Shown piece by piece: positions 40,413 to 49,647 of a stretch of DNA of 64,000 nucleotides. The stretch's first letter is position 1, and each line of letters starts with the position of its first letter. The DNA comes from a virus. Position numbers and translations under genes: made by a program. The notes beneath the pieces are model-generated. The model was not told where the DNA came from and ran no database searches. It worked only from the letters and a program-made list of their open reading frames with translations. Location of the stretch: the IMG/VR virus record IMGVR_UViG_3300044632_000653; one strand, written 5' to 3'.

Positions 40413-41860
40413 GCAACAGGAACCACGACAACGACAGCATCCAAGAGGACGAATGGGGCGGTGGCTTTCAGAGTTACAAGGATGCCCACAGGGAAGTCCA
40501 AGCGGGCTTGAGAGGCGACATGGTCAATCAGCGCAACAAGACTCTTGCTCTGATGGTTCAAGTCATCCGTGGAGAGATCAGCAAGCAGAAGTTCAAGAAA
40601 CTCACGGGCAGCAGTTTCGATGACCTGATGAAGAACGCCAAGTGGTACATCAACCAAATCAAGCGGATGCCGAAGTCGAAACTCGCTCCCGTCGCTCCCG
40701 CTGCACCCACCGCCAAGGAAAGCGTGGACACGGACATCCAAGAAGCAGAAAAGGCAGTCGCTCCCAACGATGACGAGTTGCGCCGCCTTCTTGATGCTGC
40801 AAAGGAAATCCTTTACGGTCGTGGTGGTGGGCACAGTTACGGTCAACGAGATGCGGAGGCGAAGAAACTCGTCAACAAGGCGAAGAAGTTTGCGATGGTG
40901 ACGAGGAACCGAGACCTTTTGGCTGATTGGAAGGACTTGAACTATCACCTCAAGGGTATCAAGGTCAGGAAGGTCAAGCCCAACCTCAACCGCAGTTTTG
41001 GTGGAGTGCATGATCCCCGTTCCTACGGCAGGGGCGGCGTGGCTGACTCCTACGAAGCCGAAGGCGATGACATCCAAGAGACGGCAAACCTCTCTGCTAG
41101 AGAAAAGAAACTGATCAACTTTGATCAGGACGATTTCTCGCCAAAAAGTCTTGAGATGCACCGTGAAGCGGAAGCATTGGTTTCGATGTTTGTGGGTCGA
41201 AATGTCATTGCAGGTGGCACTACAAGGGAAAAAATCATAAAAGCCGCAACCTACGACTACAAGCGGAATCCTAAAGAGGGAGTCCACAAGGCGGTGAAAG
41301 CGGGAATCGACCAACTGCTACGGAGTGGATCAATCCCTCGCAAGGTTTACATGGGCACGGGCATCCATCCAATCGAAAGTTTAGTGGTTGATGCGGAAGA
41401 CATCCAAGAGAAGGTCGAGATCGACGGTCGCACCCGCATGTACAGGGAAACCGTGATGCGGCTTGATGTTGCTAGGAAACTCCGAGAGCAAAGGATGAAG
41501 GCAATGCAAGAGAACCGATTCGGTGGTCTGTACGACGATGGCAGCGGCAAGGGAGCGATGGTTCCTGCGCCCGTGGACTTCAACTTCCATGAGGCGATGC
41601 GTGTCATTGAGAAGTACCGCTCCCTCCGTGAGAAGAAGAAGACCCTCATGGGTGCGCCCAAGGAGGACATCGACGCTGCGGTCGTGATGAAGGGCGACAA
41701 GTTCGCCATGTCCGAGACCGAACTCAGCCCGAAGCAGAAGGAGTTCCGTGCCTTCTTCAAGAAGGCTTTGCAGAAGTTCGGCAAGTCTTCCCCTGCCAAG
41801 ATGGACGATGCCGAGAAGAAGAAGTTCTTCAACTGGGTCGAGAAGAACTGGAAGGGCTGA
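40409..41860 (+). CDS. Putative internal head polyprotein with repeated (D/S)IQE cleavage linkers
   Basis: Four (D/S)IQE motifs; basic modules; C-terminal FF.KAL.KFG..SP......KKKFF..V...W segment. Confidence 0.6.
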   Translation: MSNRNHDNDSIQEDEWGGGFQSYKDAHREVQAGLRGDMVNQRNKTLALMVQVIRGEISKQKFKKLTGSSFDDLMKNAKWYINQIKRMPKSKLAPVAPAAPTAKESVDTDIQEAEKAVAPNDDELRRLLDAAKEILYGRGGGHSYGQRDAEAKKLVNKAKKFAMVTRNRDLLADWKDLNYHLKGIKVRKVKPNLNRSFGGVHDPRSYGRGGVADSYEAEGDDIQETANLSAREKKLINFDQDDFSPKSLEMHREAEALVSMFVGRNVIAGGTTREKIIKAATYDYKRNPKEGVHKAVKAGIDQLLRSGSIPRKVYMGTGIHPIESLVVDAEDIQEKVEIDGRTRMYRETVMRLDVARKLREQRMKAMQENRFGGLYDDGSGKGAMVPAPVDFNFHEAMRVIEKYRSLREKKKTLMGAPKEDIDAAVVMKGDKFAMSETELSPKQKEFRAFFKKALQKFGKSSPAKMDDAEKKKFFNWVEKNWKG

Positions 41861-41865
41861 TCCCG

Positions 41866-42297
41866 ATGCCCAAGGTCACCGTCAAGTTCAAGAAGGACAA
41901 GGCTGCGAGTGAGTTCGCAGCCAACTTCTCCATTCTTGACGATGGTGCGAAGGTGACGGTGAAGGGCAAGGAGGCTACGGTCGTTTCCTCCAACCCGAGG
42001 ACGGTGTCCGTCGTGAAGCAGTTGTCGAAGGATGTCGTTGAGGACATCCGATACGGCGAGATCGCCGATGCGATGCTCTCTGCGATACGAAAGTCCATCT
42101 CGGGCAGCAGGGTTTCGATCCGTCTCTTGGACGGGGAGACCCAACCCATGACCCCTGCACAGGGAGAGGCTCTCGCCCGTGCATACGACCGCCTGTCGGA
42201 GAGCAACCAATCAGCCTTCCTCATCCTCGCATCAGAGGGCAGGGAGGCATTCACCCATGCCATTGGGTTCGCAAGGAAGAACGAGGAGAACGAGTAA
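41866..42297 (+). CDS. Hypothetical prohead core-region protein
   Basis: Position; phage codon usage; TAATG coupling to next gene. Confidence 0.55.
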   Translation: MPKVTVKFKKDKAASEFAANFSILDDGAKVTVKGKEATVVSSNPRTVSVVKQLSKDVVEDIRYGEIADAMLSAIRKSISGSRVSIRLLDGETQPMTPAQGEALARAYDRLSESNQSAFLILASEGREAFTHAIGFARKNEENE

Positions 42298-42644
42298 TGC
42301 CACAGATCGTAAGGACCAACAAGCGTGTCGTGTACGCCACGGGAGCAACCGTGAGCGATATCGGCATCACCGCAAGCGCATTCTGCGACTACGGCACCAC
42401 GGACGGAAGGCAACTCGGCGAAGGCTCGGGCATCACGAATGGTACGGCGGCGATCTCCAAGATCGTCTCGGGATCACCTTCCTTCAGCGTCAGCATGTCG
42501 GGACAGACCGTGTTCACGGGTGGTGCGGCTGGCGAGTACAACTTTGAGCGGTACACGCTGAAGCCCATCGGGATCAACCCAACGGGCGTGTTCGGCGTGG
42601 TCGTCAGCACGGCGGGAACCGTGATAATCGAATTCGTCCTCTGA
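42297..42644 (+). CDS. Small Gly/Thr-rich beta protein, possible capsid decoration
   Basis: Immediately upstream of gp21; ends GTVIIEF. Confidence 0.5.
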   Translation: MPQIVRTNKRVVYATGATVSDIGITASAFCDYGTTDGRQLGEGSGITNGTAAISKIVSGSPSFSVSMSGQTVFTGGAAGEYNFERYTLKPIGINPTGVFGVVVSTAGTVIIEFVL

Positions 42645-42678
42645 TCTAAAAGACTACATAAGGGAAAAGGAGACGGGG

Positions 42679-43323
42679 ATGAAACTCATCTGCGAGGTCA
42701 ACGAGGAGATCGAAGTCCTGACCGAGGAAAAGAACGGTCAGCGGCAGTACTTCATCGAAGGAACCTTCCTGCAAGGCGACATCAAGAACCGCAACGGTCG
42801 TGTCTACGAGTTCAAGATGCTCAAGGACAAGGTCGATCAGTACCGCAGGGAGTTCGTTGAGGCGAAGAGGGCGTTCGGTGAACTCGGTCACCCCGAGGGT
42901 CCGACGATCAACCTTGAGCGTGTCTCGCACATGATCATGGAACTCCATCCTGACGGCAAGAACTTCTACGGCAAGGCGAAGATCACCGACACCCCATACG
43001 GCAAGATCGTCAAGAACCTCATCGATGAGGGTGCGAAGTTGGGCGTGTCGAGCCGTGGTGTCGGCTCCCTTGAGGAGAAGAACGGTGCGTCCTATGTCAA
43101 GGATGACTTCCGCCTCTCGACCGCAGCAGACATCGTCGCCGACCCTTCCGCCCCCGAGGCTTTCGTGCGTGGCGTGATGGAAGGCAGGGAGTGGATCTAC
43201 GAGAACGGTCTCCTCGTCGCCAAGCAAGCCGAGGAGATCCGAAACAGCATCAAGAAGGCTTCTGCGAGAAAGTTGGAAGAGGCGAAGATCGCCGCTTTCA
43301 AGAGGTTCCTCGGAAGGCTTTGA
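42679..43323 (+). CDS. gp21: Prohead core protease
   Basis: MKLI.E, IEG.FLQ....NRNGRVY, GELGHP.GPTINL.RVSH, LGVSSRG.GSL, ADIVADPSAP.AFV.G.ME. Confidence 0.98.
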   Translation: MKLICEVNEEIEVLTEEKNGQRQYFIEGTFLQGDIKNRNGRVYEFKMLKDKVDQYRREFVEAKRAFGELGHPEGPTINLERVSHMIMELHPDGKNFYGKAKITDTPYGKIVKNLIDEGAKLGVSSRGVGSLEEKNGASYVKDDFRLSTAADIVADPSAPEAFVRGVMEGREWIYENGLLVAKQAEEIRNSIKKASARKLEEAKIAAFKRFLGRL

Positions 43324-43368
43324 TCGAACCCTTACGGAAGCCTACATAACAAGCACAGGAGAAAATCC

Positions 43369-44463
43369 ATGGATTACGAGAGCAACGACGAAGTCGAAGA
43401 AATCATCCTTGACGAGGACGAGGTCACCGAGGAGGAGACCCCCCTTGACGAAGAGGATGCCAAGACCAAGCAGATGACCAATCTTTCCGCCAAGCGTGGT
43501 GGAGCGGTCTCCGCTGCACCGACCGCATCGAAGGGTGTCGCCAACGCATCGAAGACGGGTGCAGGTAGCGGCAAGTACGCAGGTCTCTACAAGGACGGCA
43601 CGGGCGGCGGCGTTGTCGTTCCCGAGCCTGTCGATGTCGGCGCAGGTAGCGGCGACTCCAAGTCGAAGTTGATGGCTAGCGTCAAGTCGAAGAGGGCGAT
43701 GCGTGAGGAGATCGACTCCCACATGGATGCCATGTTCGACGGCGAGGACCTCACCGAGGACTTCAAGAACAAGGCTGCGACCATCTTTGAGGCGGCGATC
43801 AACGAGCGTGTCGAGGCGATCCGCACCGAACTTGAGGAGGAGTACAACAACCGCCTCGTCAGCGAGATCGAAGAGAACAAGACCGCCCTCACCGAGCAGT
43901 TGGACTCGTACCTCTCGTATGTCGTGAACGAGTGGCTTGAGGAGAACCGTCTCGCCGTCGAGAAGGGCATCCGCACCGAGGTCGCCGAGCAGTTCATGGA
44001 GGGTCTCCGCAGCCTCTTCAACGAGCATGACATCATGGTTCCTGAGTCGAAGATCGACATCGCCGACCAACTCGCTGAGACCGCCGACCAACTGAAGACC
44101 CGCCTTGACGAGGAGATGCGCAAGAACATCGAACTCGCCGAGCAGGTCAACGAGTTCCGTCGCCACAGGATCATCGATGAGTTGTCCGAGGACATGACCC
44201 TTTCGCAGAAGGAGCGTTTCCGCACCCTCGCCGAGGGAGTCACCCTCGGTAGCGACGAGCAAGATGTCCGCAACAAGTTGGGCGTGATCAGGGAGTCCTA
44301 CTTCAACGGCAAGGGCAGGAAGGCGGTCCTCACCGAGCAGACCGCCGCCACCGTCGAGGAGGGCATCAATGAGGAGCCCGCTTCCAACCAAGACCAAACT
44401 CAGTTTGTCAGCGAGTCCATGAAGGTCTACGCCGACACGCTGCGCAGGATTTCCAAGCGGTAA
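43369..44463 (+). CDS. gp22: Prohead core scaffold protein
   Basis: L.E.FK.KAATIFEAA, D.YL.YVV.EW..EN..A.E.G.R.E..E.F..GL..LF.EH, K...I.ESYF. Confidence 0.93.
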   Translation: MDYESNDEVEEIILDEDEVTEEETPLDEEDAKTKQMTNLSAKRGGAVSAAPTASKGVANASKTGAGSGKYAGLYKDGTGGGVVVPEPVDVGAGSGDSKSKLMASVKSKRAMREEIDSHMDAMFDGEDLTEDFKNKAATIFEAAINERVEAIRTELEEEYNNRLVSEIEENKTALTEQLDSYLSYVVNEWLEENRLAVEKGIRTEVAEQFMEGLRSLFNEHDIMVPESKIDIADQLAETADQLKTRLDEEMRKNIELAEQVNEFRRHRIIDELSEDMTLSQKERFRTLAEGVTLGSDEQDVRNKLGVIRESYFNGKGRKAVLTEQTAATVEEGINEEPASNQDQTQFVSESMKVYADTLRRISKR

Positions 44464-44515
44464 ACAGCCGCTGCACTAAATACAACAACCTTTCAAACAA
44501 GGGAGAAGAGAGAAA

Positions 44516-45877
44516 ATGGAACTGACGATTTCCGAGGCCCTTCAGAAGAAGTGGCAACCCATCCTTGAACACGCTGACTTGCAGCCGATCAAGGACCCGT
44601 ACCGCAAGGCGGTTACGACCATGCTCCTTGAGAATCAGGAGCAGTACCTCCGTGAGGCTGCGCCCACCAACTTCAGCGGTGCTGCCACCATTGGTCAGGA
44701 AAGCGGCGGCAATGTGGCTCGTTGGGACCCGATCCTGATCAGCCTCGTTCGTCGTGCGATGCCGAACCTCATCGCCTACGACATCTGCGGCGTTCAGCCG
44801 ATGAGCGGTCCTACGGGACTTATCTTCGCCATGCGCAGCCGCTACATCAATCAGACGGGTCCTGAGGCTCTCTACCAAGAGGCTGACACCGCTTTCGGTG
44901 GCTCGGGCTCGACGGGTGCGACGGCTCAAGGCAACTACAACACCGATCCGTTTGAGATCAGCGGTGTGGATCCGTTCGGCTCGGGCACCCTCGCTCAGGC
45001 GACGGGCGTGAAGGGCACTAAGGGCTTCAGCACCTACGGCGGTGAAGCCCTCGGCGACTCGGCGAACAATCCGTTCCCGCAGATGGCATTCAGCATTGAG
45101 AAGACCACGGTCGAAGCGAAGACCCGTGCCCTCAAGGCTGAGTACACGATGGAACTCGCACAGGATCTCAAGGCGATCCACGGTCTCGACGCTGAGACGG
45201 AACTCGCCAACATCCTGTCGAGCGAAATCCTCGCCGAGATCAACCGTGAGGTCGTTCGTGTCATCTACGCCAACGCCAAGTTGGGTGCGAAGAGCGGCAC
45301 GACCCAAACCACGGGTGTCTTCGACCTCAATGTCGATTCCAACGGTCGTTGGAGCGTTGAGAAGTTCAAGGGTCTCCTCTTCCAGATTGAGCGTGAGTGC
45401 AATCAGATCGCCAAGGAAACCCGCCGTGGCAAGGGCAACTTCATCGTCTGCTCGTCGGATGTCGCCTCGGCTCTGTCGATGGCGGGTGTCCTCGACTACG
45501 CCCCTGCCCTCAGCACGAACCTCAATGTGGATGACACGGGCAACACCTTCGCAGGTGTCCTCAACGGCAAGTTGCGTGTGTACATCGATCCGTACTCGTC
45601 CATGACCACCTCGCATGACTTCTTCATGGCGGGTTACAAGGGCTCGTCGGCTTACGATGCGGGTATGTTCTACTGCCCGTATGTGCCGCTGCAAATGGTC
45701 CGTGCGGTCGGTGAGCAGTCCTTCCAGCCGAAGATCGGCTTCAAGACTCGCTACGGCTTGGTCAACAATCCGTTTGCGACGATCAACAACGGTTTGTCGG
45801 TGGCTGACCCCTACGACACCAATGCGACCCGCAAGAACATCTACTACCGCATCGTCAAGGTCACGAACCTCTTCTGA
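44516..45877 (+). CDS. gp23: Major capsid protein
   Basis: DPILISLVRRAMPNLIAYDICGVQPMSGPTGLIFAMRSRY, RALKAEYT.ELAQDLKAIHGLDAE.EL.NILS.EI, FQPKIGFKTRYG. Confidence 0.99.
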   Translation: MELTISEALQKKWQPILEHADLQPIKDPYRKAVTTMLLENQEQYLREAAPTNFSGAATIGQESGGNVARWDPILISLVRRAMPNLIAYDICGVQPMSGPTGLIFAMRSRYINQTGPEALYQEADTAFGGSGSTGATAQGNYNTDPFEISGVDPFGSGTLAQATGVKGTKGFSTYGGEALGDSANNPFPQMAFSIEKTTVEAKTRALKAEYTMELAQDLKAIHGLDAETELANILSSEILAEINREVVRVIYANAKLGAKSGTTQTTGVFDLNVDSNGRWSVEKFKGLLFQIERECNQIAKETRRGKGNFIVCSSDVASALSMAGVLDYAPALSTNLNVDDTGNTFAGVLNGKLRVYIDPYSSMTTSHDFFMAGYKGSSAYDAGMFYCPYVPLQMVRAVGEQSFQPKIGFKTRYGLVNNPFATINNGLSVADPYDTNATRKNIYYRIVKVTNLF

Positions 45878-45899
45878 TCGGTCGTAGCAGGGAACTCAT

Positions 45900-45935
45900 G
45901 GGGGCGGGGTCGAAAGACCTCGCCCCTTGTCATTT
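45900..45935 (+). terminator. Intrinsic terminator after gp23
   Basis: GGGGCGGGGTC-GAAA-GACCTCGCCCC hairpin followed by TTGTCATTT. Confidence 0.8.
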
Positions 45936-45949
45936 GGATACATACTTCG

Positions 45950-46498
45950 ATGGAACCGTTCCCCCGTGTCCCTGACGATATCAAGTTCAGTCCCCTGAAC
46001 CGTCAGCCCATCAACACGAACCCTTCGTTCAGCACGAACTTCAGGCTGATGATCCCCAAGATCCGCACGGGGATCTACTTCTGCACCGAGGCGACCTTTC
46101 CGTCGCTCACGATGGAGCCGATCAAGGTGCCTGTTCCTCTGTCCCCTTCGCTCAAGTTCTTCGGTAACAAGATCGACCACGGGGACCTCTCCGTCAAGTT
46201 CATCGTCAACGATGACTTCAGCAATTGGTTTGAGATGGCTGATTGGTTCAACAAGAGCCTCAACTACTACGGCTTCTTCAAGGACCAATCCGACTCTAGG
46301 CTGAGGAACATCATCACCGACTCGGGTCAGTTGCTGATCCTCAACAACAAGAAGAACCCCGTCGCTCGGGTCCTCTTCGATGGTCTGATGATCACAAGCC
46401 TTGCTGGCATGCCGATGAACTCAAGCGTTTCGGACAACGCCCCGCTCATTTGCGATGCGACCTTTCAGTTCACCGCTTACGACATCAAGGAGCCCTGA
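45950..46498 (+). CDS. gp3: Tail tube terminator (gp3-like), copy 1
   Basis: N......NF.L.I.K, YFC.....P...M, G.K...GDL.V.F.V..D..NW.E...W, F.GL....L, ATFQF..Y. Confidence 0.8.
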   Translation: MEPFPRVPDDIKFSPLNRQPINTNPSFSTNFRLMIPKIRTGIYFCTEATFPSLTMEPIKVPVPLSPSLKFFGNKIDHGDLSVKFIVNDDFSNWFEMADWFNKSLNYYGFFKDQSDSRLRNIITDSGQLLILNNKKNPVARVLFDGLMITSLAGMPMNSSVSDNAPLICDATFQFTAYDIKEP

Positions 46499-47049
46499 TG
46501 TCCACCACCGACCTCAAGGATTGGTTCCCGAAACTGACCGACTTCGGTGCCCTCGGGAACAACCCCATCAACACCAACCTCGCCATGGCGACGAACTACA
46601 GGTTCGTCTGCGAGAAGGTGCAGGGGGTGACCTACTTCTGCACCTCGGTCACCACGCCGAGCCTTTCCTCCAATCCCGTGGTCCTCAACCACCTGTTCGC
46701 CGCCAACGACATCAAGTTCCCTGGCGGAAGGTCGCCATCGGACCTGTCGCTCAGGTTCATCGTCAGCGAGGACTTCAGCAACTACATGGAGATCGTCCGA
46801 TGGCAGCGGTCGGGTGTTCCGTACAGGGACTTCAGGGAAATCGTGCCCGAGTACAAGGGGAATGTGAACCACGGCAAACTGTTCTTCCTCAACAACAAGA
46901 AGAACCCCGTCCTGATGATGACCTTCTCCAACCTCATCCCGACGCAGATCTCAGGGTTCACCCTTACGCAGAGCGAGACGGACCCCACCCCGATCTACGG
47001 CACGGTGAACTTCGTGTTCGATGCCTACAGGGTCGATCCCGTCTCCTAG
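46498..47049 (+). CDS. gp3: Tail tube terminator (gp3-like), copy 2
   Basis: Paralogue of the preceding gene (PINTN, YFCT, F.V..DFSN, LNNKKNPV); TGATG coupling. Confidence 0.78.
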   Translation: MSTTDLKDWFPKLTDFGALGNNPINTNLAMATNYRFVCEKVQGVTYFCTSVTTPSLSSNPVVLNHLFAANDIKFPGGRSPSDLSLRFIVSEDFSNYMEIVRWQRSGVPYRDFREIVPEYKGNVNHGKLFFLNNKKNPVLMMTFSNLIPTQISGFTLTQSETDPTPIYGTVNFVFDAYRVDPVS

Positions 47050-47183
47050 GGTCGTGGCTTCCTCGGAGCCATCGGAGGCTTCGGCTTCTTCACGGATGTC
47101 TTGCTCCGTCTGTCGGACGGGGACAACGGCTTTGCGGACTTCTTCGGACGCTGCGGCTTGACTGTGGCTGTTCGGCGAGGCAT
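47046..47183 (-). CDS. Small highly basic Lys/Arg/Pro-rich protein (45 aa)
   Basis: MPRRTATVKPQRPKKSAK...; late-type TAAACA exactly 5 nt upstream of ATG. Confidence 0.5.
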   Translation of the reverse strand: MPRRTATVKPQRPKKSAKPLSPSDRRSKTSVKKPKPPMAPRKPRP

Positions 47184-47216
47184 GCCTATGTTTAGGGTCG
47201 ATCCATAAGTAAAAGC

Positions 47217-48197
47217 ATGAAACCCTTGAACTTCCAAAGGATCGGCATCATCGTCCTGTTCACGATTCTCGGCGTTCTCGCCTCATGCAAGACCGTTCCG
47301 ACCGTGGTGGAGCCCAAGCCATCGACGGGCACATCCTCGGTGACCCTCAACTCCGTGGTGGATCACACGGAGGACTCGGTCGAGAGCATCAAGAACGATG
47401 CCATGGGCATCAAGAAGGACACTAGGATCGTCAGGGAGGCTCTCTCAATCGGGGTCATCACCGAGTCCCTCTCTAGGGATTCGTCCCCCACCGAGGCACC
47501 CAAGCCGTCCGATGTGGCGGTAGACACTCTCGCCAAGATAGATGCCAAGGCAGAAAACATCTCCCAATCTGCCGAGGAGATCAGGCGGGAGACCGAGCGG
47601 CTCAAAACCCTCAGCGAGGAGGTCGAGACCCTTGAGCGCAGCCTGACGAGCCTACGGCTCATGCTTGAAGAGACCCGAGTCAAAGCCATGGAGAAACTGT
47701 ATTCGTACATCTCCATGTTCTGGGTCATCGGTTTCGTGCTGATCGCCGCAGGTGCAGCCGTGGCGTTCTTCCTGAATAAGACCTATGGTGGAAGCCTTGC
47801 CATGCTCGGGGTGCTGATGCTCGGGTTCGCCTCGGCATCGCAGTACTACATGGAGGAGATCGCCCTCGTCGGGGCGATACTCCTCATCGTGGGATTCGTG
47901 GCATCCATCGCCATGATCGTGTGGTCAACGATCAAGAGCAAGAGGAACTCGACCGCCATCCATGAGGTGGTCGAGATGATCGAAATCCTCAAGGAGACGA
48001 TGACCGACTCCGAGAAGGAACGCATCTTCGGCACGGACGGGCTTGCGTCGAAGGTGCAGAGCGACCTGACCATGCAAATCATTGCCAAGATCAAGGAGCG
48101 CAACGGCTTCAGGAAGTTGAGTCAGGTCAGTCCCTCAGACTCTTCATCACAGCCGCAAGCAGGGCAAGAACCGACACCCCCACCGAGTACGCTGTGA
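47217..48197 (+). CDS. Lipoprotein with coiled coil and three C-terminal TM helices (spanin-like candidate)
   Basis: Lipobox VLASC; heptad region; three hydrophobic segments; TAAGTA 5 nt upstream of ATG. Confidence 0.65.
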   Translation: MKPLNFQRIGIIVLFTILGVLASCKTVPTVVEPKPSTGTSSVTLNSVVDHTEDSVESIKNDAMGIKKDTRIVREALSIGVITESLSRDSSPTEAPKPSDVAVDTLAKIDAKAENISQSAEEIRRETERLKTLSEEVETLERSLTSLRLMLEETRVKAMEKLYSYISMFWVIGFVLIAAGAAVAFFLNKTYGGSLAMLGVLMLGFASASQYYMEEIALVGAILLIVGFVASIAMIVWSTIKSKRNSTAIHEVVEMIEILKETMTDSEKERIFGTDGLASKVQSDLTMQIIAKIKERNGFRKLSQVSPSDSSSQPQAGQEPTPPPSTL

Positions 48198-48333
48198 CGG
48201 CTCCGAGGAACGACATCCCGCAGGTGTTCCTCAGGAACTCGTAGATTCCGAACCAACAGAGGGTGCCAACGAAGGACACCGACAACGCTAAGAGAAAGAT
48301 GACGAGGATGACCGCTATGGTTGTCTTGTTCAT
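48127..48333 (-). CDS. Small two-TM membrane protein
   Basis: Two hydrophobic helices; antisense overlap with the 3' end of the lipoprotein gene. Confidence 0.45.
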   Translation of the reverse strand: MNKTTIAVILVIFLLALSVSFVGTLCWFGIYEFLRNTCGMSFLGAVTAYSVGVSVLALLAAVMKSLRD

Positions 48334-48402
48334 GTCACATGCGTCCTTGCATATGGTTGGTGCCCCCCGTCGCATGGGGGGTGTCGCACCGAGGATGTAT
48401 CG

Positions 48403-48645
48403 TTAGATCGGTTCGTAGCCGCCATCGGCGAGGGTCTGCCACATCTTCTGTGCATCCTCGACCTTCCATACGCCCATGTCATCCGAGGGGAAGTCGGGCG
48501 CATAGACACGCCATCGACGGTCGATCCGAACGAAGGAGACCTTTTGGGGATCATCGCTGTCGGGTAGGGGCGTGAAGGTGTAGTGGCAGTCGTTGCCCGA
48601 CAGGATGAGCGGGTTGTCGATGCGGAACTTCGGCTTCATCGTCAC
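48403..48645 (-). CDS. Hypothetical early protein
   Basis: SD GAGGGGG; C-terminal DAQKMWQTLADGGY motif. Confidence 0.6.
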   Translation of the reverse strand: MTMKPKFRIDNPLILSGNDCHYTFTPLPDSDDPQKVSFVRIDRRWRVYAPDFPSDDMGVWKVEDAQKMWQTLADGGYEPI

Positions 48646-48657
48646 CCCCTCATTCGG

Positions 48658-48903
48658 TCACATGCAACTTGCAGAGGAACCGTCGAGGGTTCCTTCCATG
48701 ATCAGGTTTCCTCGGTCATCCTTTCGTCCGTGGGGCTGAAGGGTGACCGTGTACTTATCGGTGTTGGTTTGGCTGCAACGCCACATCCTGACCCTGATCT
48801 GCCCCTTCCATGACTGCGTCACGGTTTCGATGGAGTGGTGACCTCTCGCCGTTGGCACGGTCTTACGGGCTGACTCGGTGATCTGTGCGTAGAAATGGGA
48901 CAT
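48658..48903 (-). CDS. Hypothetical phage protein
   Basis: MSHFYA...TARGH....QSW.G; SD GGAAAG. Confidence 0.65.
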   Translation of the reverse strand: MSHFYAQITESARKTVPTARGHHSIETVTQSWKGQIRVRMWRCSQTNTDKYTVTLQPHGRKDDRGNLIMEGTLDGSSASCM

Positions 48904-48933
48904 TTCTTTCCTCCGATGGGATTGCGGCGTTCG

Positions 48934-49410
48934 TCACATGTACCTGTCGTTCGTGACTTCCCTCATCGTGTCAAACATCAGGACAACATTGGATCCACCA
49001 AGGTCTTCGATGAGGGCTCTCGCATCTTGGATTTGATCACTTTGCGCCATGATCTGCTTTTCAGATCGGGAGATTTGGGCGATGCGCCACTTCACCTCTG
49101 CCTCCATGTCGGTGATCCTCTTGTCCATTGCCTCAATCTTCGTGTTGGTCTTCTGAACGAGTTCCTTCACCGCCGACTCATGGATGTCGGAGATCGTCTT
49201 CGTGATCTCGGGATCTAGCAACCGACCTCCGTAGTCGATGATCATCGACCATAGGGTCCGTGCGTCATCCTCGGAGTAAACGCCGTCCTTCCACTTCGAT
49301 CCCATGGTCCGCTCGGCATTCCGCACCAAGACAGATCCATCTCCCTGTTGACAGAACAGGACCGAATCGGTGTCTGCCGTGATCAGGATATGAAAGCGGA
49401 TATTTGCCAT
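48934..49410 (-). CDS. Hypothetical early protein with coiled coil (probably leaderless)
   Basis: ATG lies 6 nt downstream of the -10 element. Confidence 0.65.
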   Translation of the reverse strand: MANIRFHILITADTDSVLFCQQGDGSVLVRNAERTMGSKWKDGVYSEDDARTLWSMIIDYGGRLLDPEITKTISDIHESAVKELVQKTNTKIEAMDKRITDMEAEVKWRIAQISRSEKQIMAQSDQIQDARALIEDLGGSNVVLMFDTMREVTNDRYM

Positions 49411-49416
49411 GTATCA

Positions 49417-49445
49417 AAGATACGATATCAAATGGTCTGTGTCAA
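49417..49445 (-). promoter_or_regulatory. Sigma70-type early promoter TTGACA-N17-TATCTT
   Basis: 17-nt spacer; the same architecture recurs several times to the right. Confidence 0.85.
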
Positions 49446-49467
49446 GTGGTTTGGGGAAGTTCCCCAT

Positions 49468-49578
49468 AAAAACGCAACCACCTTGAGGTCAAGGTGGTGC
49501 GCATGGGAGAAAGATGGCGGTTGGGGCGGGGGGAGTGGCGGTGGGGGACTCGACCCCCGCCCCTTGGGGTGGTTTTGT
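49468..49578 (-). ncRNA. Candidate small RNA A (seed CATCTTTCTCCCATGCG plus intrinsic terminator)
   Basis: No convincing ORF; sigma28-like promoter upstream; hairpin CCACCTTG-ACCT-CAAGGTGG then T5; seed shared with 63578-63634. Confidence 0.5.
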
Positions 49579-49585
49579 GACTGTT

Positions 49586-49612
49586 ACATCGACCGTATTG
49601 ATTATGCCTTTA
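49586..49612 (-). promoter_or_regulatory. Sigma28 (FliA/WhiG)-like promoter TAAA-N15-GTCGATGT
   Basis: Matches the TAAA-N15-GCCGATAA architecture; similar copies at 54045-54071 and 62058-62084. Confidence 0.5.
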
Positions 49613-49647
49613 GTCGGAGGTGGGAAAATTCCCGAAATCACCTGCGA

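Noticed and set aside
33847-45877. Introns, inteins or homing endonucleases in gp17, gp18, gp20 or gp23
   Set aside because: Lengths and motif order are continuous with no insertion signatures
49536-49565. tRNA T-arm/acceptor-like sequence GGGGG-TCGAGT-CCCCC-ACCGCCA on the minus strand
   Set aside because: No matching 5' acceptor strand, D-arm or anticodon arm, and no canonical TTC loop; treated as a hairpin inside candidate sRNA A
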